Below are positions 46,160 through 56,638 of a DNA stretch of 64,000 nucleotides, in pieces. Positions within the stretch are counted from its first letter, which is position 1. The number at the start of each line of letters is the position of its first letter. Under the pieces are notes generated by a model. It was not told the DNA's origin. It searched no databases and was given only the letters and a program-made list of their open reading frames with translations. Where the stretch lies: NCBI GenBank assembly GCA_038330365.1, contig JBBQNY010000001.1, positions 3,665-67,664 on the forward strand, written 5' to 3'. The position numbers and the translations under genes were made by a program. The DNA comes from Lysobacterales bacterium. Lineage in GTDB: Bacteria; Pseudomonadota; Gammaproteobacteria; Xanthomonadales; Ahniellaceae.

Positions 46160-47992
46160 ATGTCGTATCAGGTGCTCGCGCGGCAGTGGCGACCGCGCGC
46201 TTTTGCGGAGCTGGTTGGGCAGCAGCATGTGGTGCGTGCGCTCAGCCATGCGCTGGATTCCGGCCGCATCCATCACGCTTTCCTGTTTTCCGGTACGCGC
46301 GGAGTTGGCAAGACCACGATCGCGCGCATTCTGGCGAAGTCGCTCAATTGCGACACCGGCACCAGCTCGACTCCGTGCGGTGTCTGTCCGACCTGCGTCG
46401 ACATCGACGAGGGGCGCTATCCGGATCTGCTGGAAATCGACGCGGCGTCGCGCACCAAGGTCGATGACACGCGCGAGCTGCTCGACAACGTCGTGTACGC
46501 GCCTTCGCGGGGCCGCTTCAAGGTGTACCTGATCGACGAGGTACACATGCTGTCCACCAGCAGCTTCAATGCGCTGCTGAAAACGCTGGAGGAGCCGCCT
46601 CCGCACGTCAAATTCCTGCTGGCGACAACTGACCCGCAGCGTCTGCCGGTCACCGTGCTCTCGCGATGCCTGCAGTTCAACCTGCGCCGGCTGGAAGAAG
46701 ACGAGATCGCCGGGCAACTGGAGCGCATCGTCACGGCTGAGAAAATCGATTTCGATGCCGACGCGCTGGCGCAGCTCGCGCGCGCCGGCAACGGGTCCAT
46801 GCGCGACGCACTCTCGCTGCTGGATCAGGCCATTTCGCATGGGGGCGGCGCGATCGCCGGCGACGACGTACGTCAGATGCTGGGTACGCTTTCCCGCGCC
46901 GATGTGGCGAGCCTGCTCGAATCCATCGCCGACGACGATGCTGCCGGACTCCTTGCCGGCATCGAACGCGCCGCGGTGAATGCGCCAGACTTCCTGCTGG
47001 TACTGGACGAGTTGGCAACGCTCGTGCATCGACTCCAGGTCGGCAAGTACCTGCCCGACCAGCTTGCAGCCTGGGCGAAGTCCGAGCTCTTGCTGACCCG
47101 GCTGGACAAGAAACTTGATGCGCCGACGCTGCAGCTCTTCTATCAGCTCGCCATCATGGGTCGCCGCGATCTGCCGCTGGCGCCGTCGCCGCGTGCGGGT
47201 TTCGAGATGTGTCTGCTGCGGATGCTCGCGTTCCGGCCGGAGCGGGCGCTTGATGCGCCCGAATCCGCCGCACCGCGCCAGACCGCAGCGGAGGGGGCAT
47301 CGAAGTCCGCGGGGGCGCGTGTGGATTCAGGGACGGCCGCTGCCTTGTCCGTGCGCGAACCCGCTGCCGCCATGGTCGCAACCCGCGTCGGGCACCTGGC
47401 GAATCCTGCGGTCGCCAGTGGGTCGCTGCCGACGCAGGAGGGATCGCCTCGCCCAAGTCGAGCACCGGCATCAGTGGCCGCCGCAACGCAGGCGGCACCC
47501 GTTCCTGCGCCGCCGACGCTCTCGACCCTGGACACCGCACCCGCGCCGACGCCGGCGCCGACGCCGCGACAAGTCATGCAGGGTTTGCTCGATCACGCGC
47601 AGTGGCTGGATATCCCGGAAGTGCTTGGTCTGCGCGGTGCGGTCAAGGAACTCGCGGCCAACAGCGTGCTGCTTTCCCACGCGGGCGACGTGATACGGCT
47701 CGGCCTGAAGCCGCAGCAGAGCCACCTGCGCAGCGAATTGCTCGCGCGCCAGTTGCAGCAGGCACTGATACCGCGTTGCGGGAGCGAAATCCTGGTTCGA
47801 CTCGAGGTGACCGAGGATGTGGCGGAACGCTCGACTGCGGCGACACGTGCGAACGAAGCGACGCGGCAGCGCCAGCAGGACGCGGAGGCCGCCGTAGCCG
47901 AAGATCCGCTGGTGCGTCAGTTGATGCAATCGTTCGACGCCCGCATTTTGCCGGGCAGTGTGAAAGTCCAGGATACGGAGCTGCGCAAATGA
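46160..47992 (+). CDS. dnaX: DNA polymerase III subunits gamma and tau
   Basis: The ATG at 46160 gives [24 protein letters not shown]. Walker [10 protein letters not shown], Zn module [16 protein letters not shown], and a Pro/Ala-rich linker. The track ORF start 45620 lies inside tRNA-Glu and the repeats and is rejected. Confidence 0.95.
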   Translation: MSYQVLARQWRPRAFAELVGQQHVVRALSHALDSGRIHHAFLFSGTRGVGKTTIARILAKSLNCDTGTSSTPCGVCPTCVDIDEGRYPDLLEIDAASRTKVDDTRELLDNVVYAPSRGRFKVYLIDEVHMLSTSSFNALLKTLEEPPPHVKFLLATTDPQRLPVTVLSRCLQFNLRRLEEDEIAGQLERIVTAEKIDFDADALAQLARAGNGSMRDALSLLDQAISHGGGAIAGDDVRQMLGTLSRADVASLLESIADDDAAGLLAGIERAAVNAPDFLLVLDELATLVHRLQVGKYLPDQLAAWAKSELLLTRLDKKLDAPTLQLFYQLAIMGRRDLPLAPSPRAGFEMCLLRMLAFRPERALDAPESAAPRQTAAEGASKSAGARVDSGTAAALSVREPAAAMVATRVGHLANPAVASGSLPTQEGSPRPSRAPASVAAATQAAPVPAPPTLSTLDTAPAPTPAPTPRQVMQGLLDHAQWLDIPEVLGLRGAVKELAANSVLLSHAGDVIRLGLKPQQSHLRSELLARQLQQALIPRCGSEILVRLEVTEDVAERSTAATRANEATRQRQQDAEAAVAEDPLVRQLMQSFDARILPGSVKVQDTELRK

Positions 47993-48312
47993 AGACGGGG
48001 CTGGGTGGTTTGATGCAGCAGGCGCAGAAGATGCAGGAGGATTTGGCGCGTGTGCAGCAGGAGATCGCAGCCATGGAAGTCGAGGGCGAAGCCGGCGGCG
48101 GCATGGTCCGGGTGGCCATGAACGGTGCGCATCAGACACGCCGAATCACCATTGAGCGGAGTCTGCTCCAGGATGATCCCGAGATGCTGGAGGACCTCAT
48201 CGCTGCAGCGTTCAACGATGCCGTCAACCGCGTGGCCGAAGGCAGCCAGGCAAAGATGGGTCAGGTCGCTGGTGGCATGAATCTGCCGCCCGGCTTCAAG
48301 TTGCCGTTCTGA
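47989..48312 (+). CDS. ybaB: nucleoid-associated protein YbaB/EbfC
   Basis: The ATG overlaps the dnaX stop (ATGA). [26 protein letters not shown]...PPGFKLPF. Confidence 0.93.
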   Translation: MKTGLGGLMQQAQKMQEDLARVQQEIAAMEVEGEAGGGMVRVAMNGAHQTRRITIERSLLQDDPEMLEDLIAAAFNDAVNRVAEGSQAKMGQVAGGMNLPPGFKLPF

Positions 48313-48926
48313 TGGCGCGCGAAGGCGCCGTGCCACTTTTGCAACAGATGATCGACGCCTTGCGCTGCCTGCCCGGGGTAGGCGCAAAGACGGCCCAGCG
48401 CATGGCTCTGCATCTGCTGGAGCGCGATCGCGACGGTGCTCGCCATCTGGCCCGGACTGTCATGGAAGCCGCCGAACGCATCGGCAACTGCCGGCGCTGC
48501 CGCAATCTCAGCGAGACGGCGGAGTGCGCCATCTGCAGCAATCCATCGCGCGACGCGTCGTTGCTCTGCGTGGTGGAGGGCCCGGTGGACCTGATCGCCG
48601 TTGAACAGGCCACCGGGTTTCGCGGCCTCTACTTCGTGCTGTTCGGCCGTCTGTCGCCTCTGGACGCACTGGGACCGGCCGAGCTTGGGCTGGACCTGCT
48701 GCAGCAACGACTCGACTCGGAGGAATTGCGGGAGTTGATCGTCGCGACCAATCCCACGGTCGAGGGCGAAGCGACCGCGCACTATCTGGCCCAGATGGCA
48801 GCGCAGGCGGGCGTCCCCGCCACGCGGCTGGCGCACGGCGTACCGCTCGGTGGCGAGCTTGAATTCATCGATCGGGGCACACTGGCGCACGCTTTCGGCG
48901 CGCGCGCCTCGCTGGGAACCCTCTGA
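48312..48926 (+). CDS. recR: recombination protein RecR
   Basis: [17 protein letters not shown] HhH motif, zinc finger [16 protein letters not shown] and a Toprim domain. Confidence 0.95.
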   Translation: MAREGAVPLLQQMIDALRCLPGVGAKTAQRMALHLLERDRDGARHLARTVMEAAERIGNCRRCRNLSETAECAICSNPSRDASLLCVVEGPVDLIAVEQATGFRGLYFVLFGRLSPLDALGPAELGLDLLQQRLDSEELRELIVATNPTVEGEATAHYLAQMAAQAGVPATRLAHGVPLGGELEFIDRGTLAHAFGARASLGTL

Positions 48927-48928
48927 GC

Positions 48929-49273
48929 ATGAATGAGACCGTGTTTGATCGCATTATCCGCCGCGAGATTCCAGCCGATATCGTGTTCGAGGACGACGAG
49001 CTCCTCGCGTTTCGCGACGTCAATCCCCAGGCGCCGCAGCACATCCTCTTCATTCCCAAGCGTCGAGTGCCGACGCTTGACGACCTCGTCGAGGACGACG
49101 CGGAGCTGATGGGCAGACTGGTGTTTGCGGCCACCCGCTACGCACGGGACGCGGGCATCGCGCAGGATGGCTACCGATTGGTCATCAACTGCGGTCGCGA
49201 TGGCGGGCAAAGCGTCGACCATATCCACCTGCACCTGCTCGCAGGGCGTCGCATGTCGTGGCCACCGGGGTAG
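48929..49273 (+). CDS. histidine triad (HIT) nucleotide-binding protein
   Basis: MNETVFDRIIRREIPADIVFEDDELLAFRDVNPQAP and the HIT motif HIHLHLLAG. Confidence 0.9.
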   Translation: MNETVFDRIIRREIPADIVFEDDELLAFRDVNPQAPQHILFIPKRRVPTLDDLVEDDAELMGRLVFAATRYARDAGIAQDGYRLVINCGRDGGQSVDHIHLHLLAGRRMSWPPG

Positions 49274-49335
49274 CACGCAGCAGCGGATGCGCAACGACAC
49301 CCGCGATCCACCCACCCCGAAGCTTCAACGCTGTT

Positions 49336-49364
49336 GTAGGAGCGCGCTAGCGCGCGATGGCGCC
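49336..49364. repeat. single REP-like element, same family as 29912-30004
   Basis: GTAGGAGCGCGCTAGCGCGCGATGGCGCC differs from the 29912 arm at a few positions. It is intergenic, between the HIT gene and the slp-like gene. Confidence 0.6.
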
Positions 49365-49456
49365 ATGGGCGCCCGTGCCCAAATGTTCCGTTCCCCAAGT
49401 CACCCTGTCTCCGTCGCGCCCAACGGCGCACCCACAGAGGCCGCAGAAGAAACCCT

Positions 49457-49987
49457 TCAGCGATGCCGGTGGAGACGCGGCCGATGAATCAGCACCGGCC
49501 GGCTGTAGCCGAATCCGAAAGGCGACGAATAGAAGATCGGGCCCGGCCGATAATCGACGATGATGTCGCTCCGTTTGGGCCACAGATACACCGCGTCTGA
49601 CTCGACGCGCGGATAGTCATACGGATACTTGCCCACGTTTCGCGTCTCGTGCCCGCGCAGCGTTCCCGTCACCGTGATGTCGCGGCCCTTGGCGAAGACC
49701 GCTGGATCGTAGAAGCCTGACCGGCAGGCAAGGAATCGTCCCTGGCTGGCGTCCACGGTCCTCGGCCTCGCCTGCACGTCGAGACTCCGGCCCAGCACCT
49801 CGAAGCAGGTTTCAGCAGCGCGCGTCTCCACGCCGACGATGCTGCCGCCCCAACGCACGCGCACGCCCTCGGAACGTGCGGATGCCTGCGCCGGCACGAC
49901 GCTGGCGTATTCGCCCTGCAGGGGGCGGGGTGCAGTCGCACAACCGGCCAATAGCGCCGGAACCAGACACCATGCGAAACATTTCAT
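49457..49987 (-). CDS. Slp family outer-membrane lipoprotein
   Basis: Lipobox LLAGCA. VRWGGSIVGVE...CFEVL...RFLA...GFYDPAVFAKGRDITVTG is the Slp pattern. Confidence 0.8.
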   Translation of the reverse strand: MKCFAWCLVPALLAGCATAPRPLQGEYASVVPAQASARSEGVRVRWGGSIVGVETRAAETCFEVLGRSLDVQARPRTVDASQGRFLACRSGFYDPAVFAKGRDITVTGTLRGHETRNVGKYPYDYPRVESDAVYLWPKRSDIIVDYRPGPIFYSSPFGFGYSRPVLIHRPRLHRHR

Positions 49988-50028
49988 GTGAGCACCTCGA
50001 TGCTGTCGATTCGATGCTGCAGGACGAT

Positions 50029-52089
50029 TCAGGGCGCGGCAGCGTCGCGGCTACGCTGCAGACGCAGCGCCCGAATCTGTCGCGACAGACTGTCGAACCT
50101 GACGGATTCCCTGCCGTCGTCCCGCTCCTCCGGAGCATATCGAAGCGCGATGAATCCCGACGCAATCCCGAGAATGGCATCGGCGCTCTCCGGATGCGCC
50201 AGCGCCGCCCGCTGTGCGAAGTCGCGTGGGCCTTCCGAGGACGCGCGTGGGACACCGGCGCGCGCAAGACGGTGTTCGAATTCGCGATACAGCGAGCGCC
50301 AGCGGGAGTCGCGCACGGTGCCACGCAGCATGAGCAACAAACCTGCCAGACCGAGCGCGGACAGCGTCATCGCGCCCCAGACCAGCAAACTCTGGAGTCG
50401 ATCGTTGGCTTCGACGCCCAGTCGCTCGAGCACGTTTTGCTGGCGCAGCGCGTCGAATTCGATCACCGCCCTTTGCCACCACGCGCCCAGGAGATCGGCC
50501 CGATCCCGGAGCCCGTTCCACCATCCGGACGATGCGAACCAGGCATTGCCCGACACCTCACTGCTGTAGGCGGCGCCTCCGCGCAACACCCGTTCGGGCG
50601 CAACGGCGGCCGTCGGGTCGACGCGTACCCAACCGCGATTCTGCAGCCAGACCTCGGCCCAGGCGTGCGCGTCGGACTGCCGCACGATCCAGTAGCCGCC
50701 TGCGGCATTGCGATAGCCGCCCTGATAGCCCGTGACAATGCGTGCCGGAATGCCGGCCGCGCGCATGAGGAACACGAAGCTCGACGCGTAGTGTTCGCAG
50801 AACCCGATGCGGGTGCGGAAAAGAAATTCGTCGATCGCATTGCGGTCAAGCGGCGGCGGATCGAGAGAGTAGACAAATCGCGCACGCACCATCGCGAGGG
50901 CTTCGCCGATCACCGCGTCGTCATCGCCAGGATGGGCAGTACGCCATCGCAGCGCGAGCTCGCGGGCGCGAGGATTCGACTGCTCCGGCAAGCTCAGGGC
51001 CGATTCGCGCTGCTCCTCGGGCAAGCGCGCCTGCAACCGGTAGCTGGGGCTGGAAATAGCGCGGTAGCGACGTTCCGCGCGTGATCCCGCCTCGCCGCGG
51101 GCTTGCAGGTCGACTCCAATCTCGATGTCCGGGGTGGCCGAAAGCGGCGCGTCCAGCACGAATCGCCACTCGCGCGGCGCCGATGCCAGCATCACTTCGT
51201 AGTCGTAGCGCGGGGTTCCTGCTTCCACCGGAACCGGGCCGCGCAGCCGCGCAAAGCGCCGGGAGCCGCGCCACACGCGACCGTCGAAGGTCCAGAGCAC
51301 GAGCGCTCGCCAGTAGCGGTCGCGTGAGGCAGGCGCGTTGCCATCGCCAAGGAATCGAACCCGGAACGCGGGCGAGTCGTCCAGCGCCAATCCCGACAGA
51401 GAGCCGAGTTCCAGTTCATCATCAATGCCGATCCGACTCCGCGGCGTCGTGTCGGGACTCCCCCAGAGCGGCGAGCCCAGGCGGGGAAAGAACATGAAGG
51501 ACGCGATGGCAAAAGGGATCACGATCGCGAGCGTGAACGCCGCCTGCCGCAGTGCTGTCGGCAGGTCGGCCGCGACCCGTCGGAAGGGCATGCGTGCAGG
51601 GCCCCCGGTTGCGTCGTCGCGCAGCCACCGGAGCGCGACCAGCACCAGCAGTAGCAGCAGCGTGGTGGCGATCATCTGTCCGATGCCCTGATCCTGCAGG
51701 AAGGCAGCCATGGCCAGAAAGTTCGCGACCATGACCACGAGGCGGGCATCGCGCACGCTGGTCGTCTCGAGCAGCTTGAGCACGAGCATGGAAGCGAGCA
51801 GCGCCGCTCCGGCCTCGCGTCCGAAAAAGCTCGGCTGCGTCGCGGTGATGGCGGCGCAAACCGCCACCAGCAACAGCAATCGCCAGAGTGCAGGCACAGG
51901 GCCGGCACCCCGCCACCGCGCCACCAGCGCGAGCACGGTCACGGGCAGCGCCGTGCCCACGAGCCACAACGGCAGCCACTTCGCGTGCAGCAAGAGCGCG
52001 ACGGTGAGGACCGCGCCCACCGCGAGCAGCGATCGAGCCGAGGGCGGTGGCGGCAGGGGTTTCACAGCAGCGCCAGTGCCGTGAGGCAT
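50029..52089 (-). CDS. tgpA: transglutaminase TgpA-family membrane protein
   Basis: 686 aa. The N-terminus is polytopic (DUF3488-like). Transglutaminase core GFCEHYASSFVFLMRAAGIPARIVTGYQGG...DAHAWAEVW (Cys-His-Asp). Confidence 0.88.
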   Translation of the reverse strand: MPHGTGAAVKPLPPPPSARSLLAVGAVLTVALLLHAKWLPLWLVGTALPVTVLALVARWRGAGPVPALWRLLLLVAVCAAITATQPSFFGREAGAALLASMLVLKLLETTSVRDARLVVMVANFLAMAAFLQDQGIGQMIATTLLLLLVLVALRWLRDDATGGPARMPFRRVAADLPTALRQAAFTLAIVIPFAIASFMFFPRLGSPLWGSPDTTPRSRIGIDDELELGSLSGLALDDSPAFRVRFLGDGNAPASRDRYWRALVLWTFDGRVWRGSRRFARLRGPVPVEAGTPRYDYEVMLASAPREWRFVLDAPLSATPDIEIGVDLQARGEAGSRAERRYRAISSPSYRLQARLPEEQRESALSLPEQSNPRARELALRWRTAHPGDDDAVIGEALAMVRARFVYSLDPPPLDRNAIDEFLFRTRIGFCEHYASSFVFLMRAAGIPARIVTGYQGGYRNAAGGYWIVRQSDAHAWAEVWLQNRGWVRVDPTAAVAPERVLRGGAAYSSEVSGNAWFASSGWWNGLRDRADLLGAWWQRAVIEFDALRQQNVLERLGVEANDRLQSLLVWGAMTLSALGLAGLLLMLRGTVRDSRWRSLYREFEHRLARAGVPRASSEGPRDFAQRAALAHPESADAILGIASGFIALRYAPEERDDGRESVRFDSLSRQIRALRLQRSRDAAAP

Positions 52090-53060
52090 CGATCGCGGAA
52101 TGCCGCGCCGTGATCCGGCCCCAGTGACTGCTGCGGCAGTTCAAGCGCGAAGCGGCGGCCCGTCTTCGCCGCATCCAGAACCCAGCGCGTCAGTCGACTG
52201 ACGCGGGCTTCGAAGGGCAGGGTGGCGGTATCACTCCAGCGAAGTCTGAGTGGCCCGTCGGCCGGCAACGCGGGCTCGCGCACCAGCAATCGATCGACGC
52301 GCGCCGAGGGCTTCCACGCCACGCGCCGGGGCGGGTCGCCGGGGCGGTAGTCGCGGAGACTATCCCAGTCGTCGCCCTCTGCGTGTCGAGTCCGGCCATC
52401 GGTTTCCATGCCCGTGTCGGGCAGCGGACATGAGTCCGCTTCCGGCCGCGGCCAGATGAGTGCCGATTGCCGGGGCCGGAGCACGCTCCAGGCCCTGAAG
52501 AATCCGAACGGCGCATCGCTTGCAGCCGTGATGCAGGGCAGCGGCTGCCAACCTCGGTGTTCCGTGGAAAACCCCAAGGCGCATTCGCCGCCCGCGCTGA
52601 GATCGACATTTGCAGTGCCCAAGGGTCCCGCGAGTTCAATGCCGGCCCGCTCGCGCTGGCTCTCCGCCGCGAATGAGCACGCCAGCTCAGCGCTATCCCC
52701 GGCATGGACGGGCCTGCATTCCACGCGTTCCAGACTGACTCCCTGGAGCGACTGCACCGCGCGCAGCGGACTCAGAAACAGGATGCCGGCGAGCGAGAAT
52801 GTCAGCAGCAGTGCGGCATTGTTGTTGAAGTTCAGCGCACCGAGCAGCATGACGGCGAGCAGTACCCCGGCGTAGAGGCCGAATCGCGTGGGCAGGATAT
52901 AGATGCGCCGGCGGTGCAGTCGGATCGGCAGCGGCTCGGGCTTCCGGTAGCGAGTCAGTGCAGGCAGCCGGCGCTCGGCGAATGCGCCTATCCGCGCGCG
53001 CAGGCCAGCACGTGGATGTGGATCCGGATTCCCTGAATGGCTGGAACGTTCGCTGCGCAT
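52062..53060 (-). CDS. DUF58 domain protein
   Basis: DWDSLRDYRPGDPPRRVAWK is the DUF58 signature, with two N-terminal TM helices. It overlaps the tgpA start by 28 nt. Confidence 0.85.
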   Translation of the reverse strand: MRSERSSHSGNPDPHPRAGLRARIGAFAERRLPALTRYRKPEPLPIRLHRRRIYILPTRFGLYAGVLLAVMLLGALNFNNNAALLLTFSLAGILFLSPLRAVQSLQGVSLERVECRPVHAGDSAELACSFAAESQRERAGIELAGPLGTANVDLSAGGECALGFSTEHRGWQPLPCITAASDAPFGFFRAWSVLRPRQSALIWPRPEADSCPLPDTGMETDGRTRHAEGDDWDSLRDYRPGDPPRRVAWKPSARVDRLLVREPALPADGPLRLRWSDTATLPFEARVSRLTRWVLDAAKTGRRFALELPQQSLGPDHGAAFRDRCLTALALL

Positions 53061-53093
53061 GGGGGCATCACGACGGCCGGCAACGCCGTGCCC

Positions 53094-54062
53094 CTATTGC
53101 CGGTCCACCGGCACGCTCGCGATGAGTTGCCGCGCCAGTTCATCGCGATCGGTTCCATCCATGCCAGGCACCAGTCGGTGGCCTGCAGTCGCGACGAACA
53201 CAGCCTGCACGTCTTCCGGCAGCACAAAGTCGCGGTTTCCGAGCAGTGCCCAGGCGCGCGCCGCATGCAGCAATGCGAGGCCCGCGCGTGGCGAAAGTCC
53301 CGTGCGCAGCTGCGCACGCGTGCGGGAAGCCAGCAACAGGGCCTGCAGATAATCAAGCAGCGCAGGACGGACGACGACCGCGTCGACGCGTCGACGCAGC
53401 GCCATCAGTGCGCCGGCATCGAGCTGCGGCGAGAGCTCGTCGAGCAACTCGCGGCGGTCGCGCGAGGTCAGCATTTCGCGTTCGGCTTCAGGCGGTGGAT
53501 AGCCGAGGCTGATGCGCAGCAGGAAACGGTCGAGCTGGGAGTCCGGCAAGGGATAAGTGCCGGCAAGGTCGAGCGGATTCTGGGTTGCAATAACCACGAA
53601 GGGCTCGCGCAGCGGGTGCATTTCGCCATCGACCGTGACTTGATGCTCCGCCATCGCCTCAAGCAGCGCGCTTTGTGTCTTGGGGGTGGCGCGGTTGATC
53701 TCGTCCGCCATGACCAGTTGCGCGAACACAGGTCCGGGATGAAATCTAAACGTCGAATGCTCCCGCTCGAATACGGATACGCCGATAATGTCGGATGGCA
53801 GCAGATCGCTGGTGAACTGGATGCGCGAGAAAGTGAGCCCGAGGGTCGCAGCCAGTGCGTGGGCGAGCGTCGTCTTGCCCATGCCGGGCAGATCTTCAAG
53901 CAGCAGGTGGCCGCCCGCGAGCACGCCCGCGAATGCAAGCCGCACGGCGTGACGCTTGCCGAGCACGATACGGTTGACCTGCTCGATGGCTGCGGCAAGC
54001 CGAGCCCGTTCTTCGTGCAGGGAGGGTTCGGTGCCAGTGTCCAATGCCTCTGCCTTCGCCAT
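53094..54062 (-). CDS. MoxR-family AAA+ ATPase
   Basis: Walker A LEDLPGMGKTTLA, Walker B VMADEINRA, plus VIATQNP. I prefer the ATG at 54062 (MAKAEAL...). The track start 54128 is a GTG giving 22 extra residues. Confidence 0.9.
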   Translation of the reverse strand: MAKAEALDTGTEPSLHEERARLAAAIEQVNRIVLGKRHAVRLAFAGVLAGGHLLLEDLPGMGKTTLAHALAATLGLTFSRIQFTSDLLPSDIIGVSVFEREHSTFRFHPGPVFAQLVMADEINRATPKTQSALLEAMAEHQVTVDGEMHPLREPFVVIATQNPLDLAGTYPLPDSQLDRFLLRISLGYPPPEAEREMLTSRDRRELLDELSPQLDAGALMALRRRVDAVVVRPALLDYLQALLLASRTRAQLRTGLSPRAGLALLHAARAWALLGNRDFVLPEDVQAVFVATAGHRLVPGMDGTDRDELARQLIASVPVDRQ

Positions 54063-54106
54063 CAGCGGGGTCGCAAATTCGACCACCGACCGAGTGTAAC
54101 CAGTCG

Positions 54107-56032
54107 GTGGTGAGCCCGGAGTCGACACGGGCTGCAGGCGAAATCAGCCCCTGGCGGAAGCCGTCGCCGCGCGCACTGTTCGTCGCTTTCTGGTCGCTGC
54201 TGGTTGCAATCAAGTTGGGACTGGCAGCCCGGCTCGATCTGTTCGCCGATGAGGCGTTCTACCGTCTGGAGGCCTTCCATCCCGCGCTGGGCTATAGCGA
54301 CCTGCCGCCGCTCACGGCGTGGCTTGGTGCGATCTCGATGTCGGTGTTCGGCGACAACCACCTCGCGCTGCGGCTGCCGTTCCTGCTGCTCGGCTCCGCG
54401 GTGCCGTGGCTGGTGCTGCTATGGGCCGCGCGCTTCCCCGCCACGGCGCCGTTTCGCTGGCAGGCAGCCCTGCTGGCCTGCCTGCTGCCGCTCGCCGGGC
54501 AGCTCGGAATATTTGCCTTGCCGGACGTGCCCCTGACCGTGGCGATGCTGCTGTCTGCGATCGCGCTCGATCGCGCGCTTGAAAAAGGCCACAGCATCGA
54601 CTGGCTGCTGCTGGGCGTGGCACTCGCCATCGGCTGGTTGAGTCATTACCGGTTCGTGTTCTGGTACGCGGCCGGCGCGTTGTGGCTGATTGCCAGCGGC
54701 CCAAGGGAGTGGCGTCGAAGCGGGTTCTGGATCGCGCAGATCATTGGCCTCATGGGTTTGTTGCCGAGCGTTCTCTTCAATTCGGAACACGCCTGGTCGG
54801 CACTGCGCTTCCAGTTCGTCGACCGGCACCCGTGGCAGTGGCACGCCGATGGACTGCTTGATCCCGCGTGGCAGGCGCTGATTGCGACACCGCCTTTGTT
54901 CATCGCCATGATTTTCGCCATGGTCGTTCTCGGGCGGAGCGCGCGCGCAGACAATGTGCGCGCGCGCGCGGCCGCGTTTTCGAGCGTGGGACTGCTCGTG
55001 CTCGTCTGGACCGTGGGCCTGTTCGCCGACTCCCTGCGCAGCCGCTTTCACTGGACGCTGCCCGCATGGCTGCTGATCCTGCCGTGGGCTGCGGCGTGGA
55101 TTCCAGTGCAATCCGCGCGCGTCGGCGGGTCTGGATTCCGGCGTCTCGTGGCGAGCCTCAGCACTCCCGTCGCGGCTACCGGCCTCAGCCTTGCCCTCAT
55201 CTGCCTCACGCTGATGGCGGGCGGCGTTGATCGGGCGCGCTACTGGCGTGCACCACTGCCCGACAACCTTCTGGGCTGGCGTGAGGTCGCAGCCTGGGTC
55301 GACGCGTTGCGGGTCGACGATGCGGACACGCGCCTGGTCGCCGACAATTTCGTGCTCGCCGCCGAACTGGACGATCAGCTGCACCAACCTGTGGCCACGC
55401 TCGACCACCGATTGAACCAAAAGCATGGGCGGAGCGCCCAGCTGGCGCTCTGGCGACGTGACGAGTCTTCGCTGCGCGATTGGGACGAAGGCGAAGCCGG
55501 ATGGCTGGTGGCGGAACCCGGCGCTCTGGCGGTGGTGGACTGGGCCGCCTGGCAAATGCACTTTTGCAGCCTCTTTGCTCAGGTGGAGCTGCGGTCCGAA
55601 CTGGTTGTGCCGACCACGCGCGACCGCTGGGTCGCTTATCGCGTGTCACGCAATACAACGGGTGCGGGCCGGCGCTGCGCCCTCGCTCCGGTCGGCAGGC
55701 TGGACTATCCCGCATCCTCGAGGCCCGTCACTGCCGGGGCGTCGGTCGAAGTCGCAGGCTGGGTGTTTCTCGGCAACGAGAAGATACGCGCACTCGAGCT
55801 GGCGCTGGGAAACGGTCCACGTACCCCGGCGATCTATGGATTGGCACGGCCGGACGTGCCGCCTCTGTTCGCCGAAGGCGGGCCTGCGGACGCGGCCATT
55901 GGCTTTCGCGCCACGCTCGACGCCCGTCACGCCGAACCCGGCGTGCTGCGTGTGCGGGGATGGGCCGTGACCGGGTCAGGCAGGGAAGTGGGATTCGAAT
56001 TGCCGCAGGGCGTTGAGCTGCGCCGGCGCTGA
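54107..56032 (+). CDS. ArnT/PMT-like (GT39/GT83-type) polytopic glycosyltransferase with extra C-terminal soluble domain
   Basis: The DEAFY motif in the first loop (LFADEAFYRLEAF) and ~11 TM helices are typical of the ArnT/PMT fold. The C-terminal ~180 aa are non-membrane. The start is uncertain. ATG 54044 would overlap the divergent moxR start, so GTG 54107 or 54110 is preferred. Confidence 0.75.
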   Translation: MVSPESTRAAGEISPWRKPSPRALFVAFWSLLVAIKLGLAARLDLFADEAFYRLEAFHPALGYSDLPPLTAWLGAISMSVFGDNHLALRLPFLLLGSAVPWLVLLWAARFPATAPFRWQAALLACLLPLAGQLGIFALPDVPLTVAMLLSAIALDRALEKGHSIDWLLLGVALAIGWLSHYRFVFWYAAGALWLIASGPREWRRSGFWIAQIIGLMGLLPSVLFNSEHAWSALRFQFVDRHPWQWHADGLLDPAWQALIATPPLFIAMIFAMVVLGRSARADNVRARAAAFSSVGLLVLVWTVGLFADSLRSRFHWTLPAWLLILPWAAAWIPVQSARVGGSGFRRLVASLSTPVAATGLSLALICLTLMAGGVDRARYWRAPLPDNLLGWREVAAWVDALRVDDADTRLVADNFVLAAELDDQLHQPVATLDHRLNQKHGRSAQLALWRRDESSLRDWDEGEAGWLVAEPGALAVVDWAAWQMHFCSLFAQVELRSELVVPTTRDRWVAYRVSRNTTGAGRRCALAPVGRLDYPASSRPVTAGASVEVAGWVFLGNEKIRALELALGNGPRTPAIYGLARPDVPPLFAEGGPADAAIGFRATLDARHAEPGVLRVRGWAVTGSGREVGFELPQGVELRRR

Positions 56033-56047
56033 CTCGCGCAGGGCAGC

Positions 56048-56638
56048 TCAGGCCAGCACTTCAAAGCCCGCCTGCCGGAGCAGAGTGGCCGTTGCAATAA
56101 GCGGCAGTCCGATCAGGGCAGTCGGGTCGTCGCTGCGGATCCATTCGAACAGCGCGATGCCGAGACCTTCCGCCTTGAAGCTTGCGGCGCAGTCGAGCGG
56201 TCGTTCGCGCGCAACGTAGCGTTCGATTTCGCCGAGTCCGAGCGTGCGCAGGTGCACCGCCGTCTCGACCTGCCGGTACAGGTATCGGCCCGACGCGCCG
56301 TCGAGCACGCACAGGCCGGTCAGGAACTGGACGGTCTGCCCGGATATCGAATGCAGTTGCTGCACCGCATCCTCCGCTGTCCCGGGTTTGCCGAGCCTCC
56401 TGCCATCCGCGGTCAGCGCAATCTGGTCGGAGCCGATGATGATCGCCTCTGGATATCGGCAGCGTACGGCCTGCGCCTTGGCAATCGACAGACGCTGCAC
56501 CTGCTCCACGGCGGATTCTTCGGGAACAGACGCTTCATCGATGTTGGGCACTTCGGTATCGAATTTCGGCACCAGTCGACCGAGCAATTCCGCGCGATAC
56601 GTCGAACCCGATGCGAGCACGATGCGCCGGCTGTTCAC
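56048..56638 (-). CDS. maf: Maf-family nucleoside triphosphate pyrophosphatase
   Basis: GTG start. IVLASGSTYRAELL...IIGSDQIAL...GKPGTAEDA is the Maf pattern. GTGA overlap with the upstream gene. Confidence 0.9.
   Translation of the reverse strand: MNSRRIVLASGSTYRAELLGRLVPKFDTEVPNIDEASVPEESAVEQVQRLSIAKAQAVRCRYPEAIIIGSDQIALTADGRRLGKPGTAEDAVQQLHSISGQTVQFLTGLCVLDGASGRYLYRQVETAVHLRTLGLGEIERYVARERPLDCAASFKAEGLGIALFEWIRSDDPTALIGLPLIATATLLRQAGFEVLA

Noticed and set aside
46160-47992. Programmed -1 frameshift site in dnaX (A AAA AAG type)
   Set aside because: I saw no A-rich heptamer in the gene. Gamma-subunit production, if any, cannot be inferred from this sequence.
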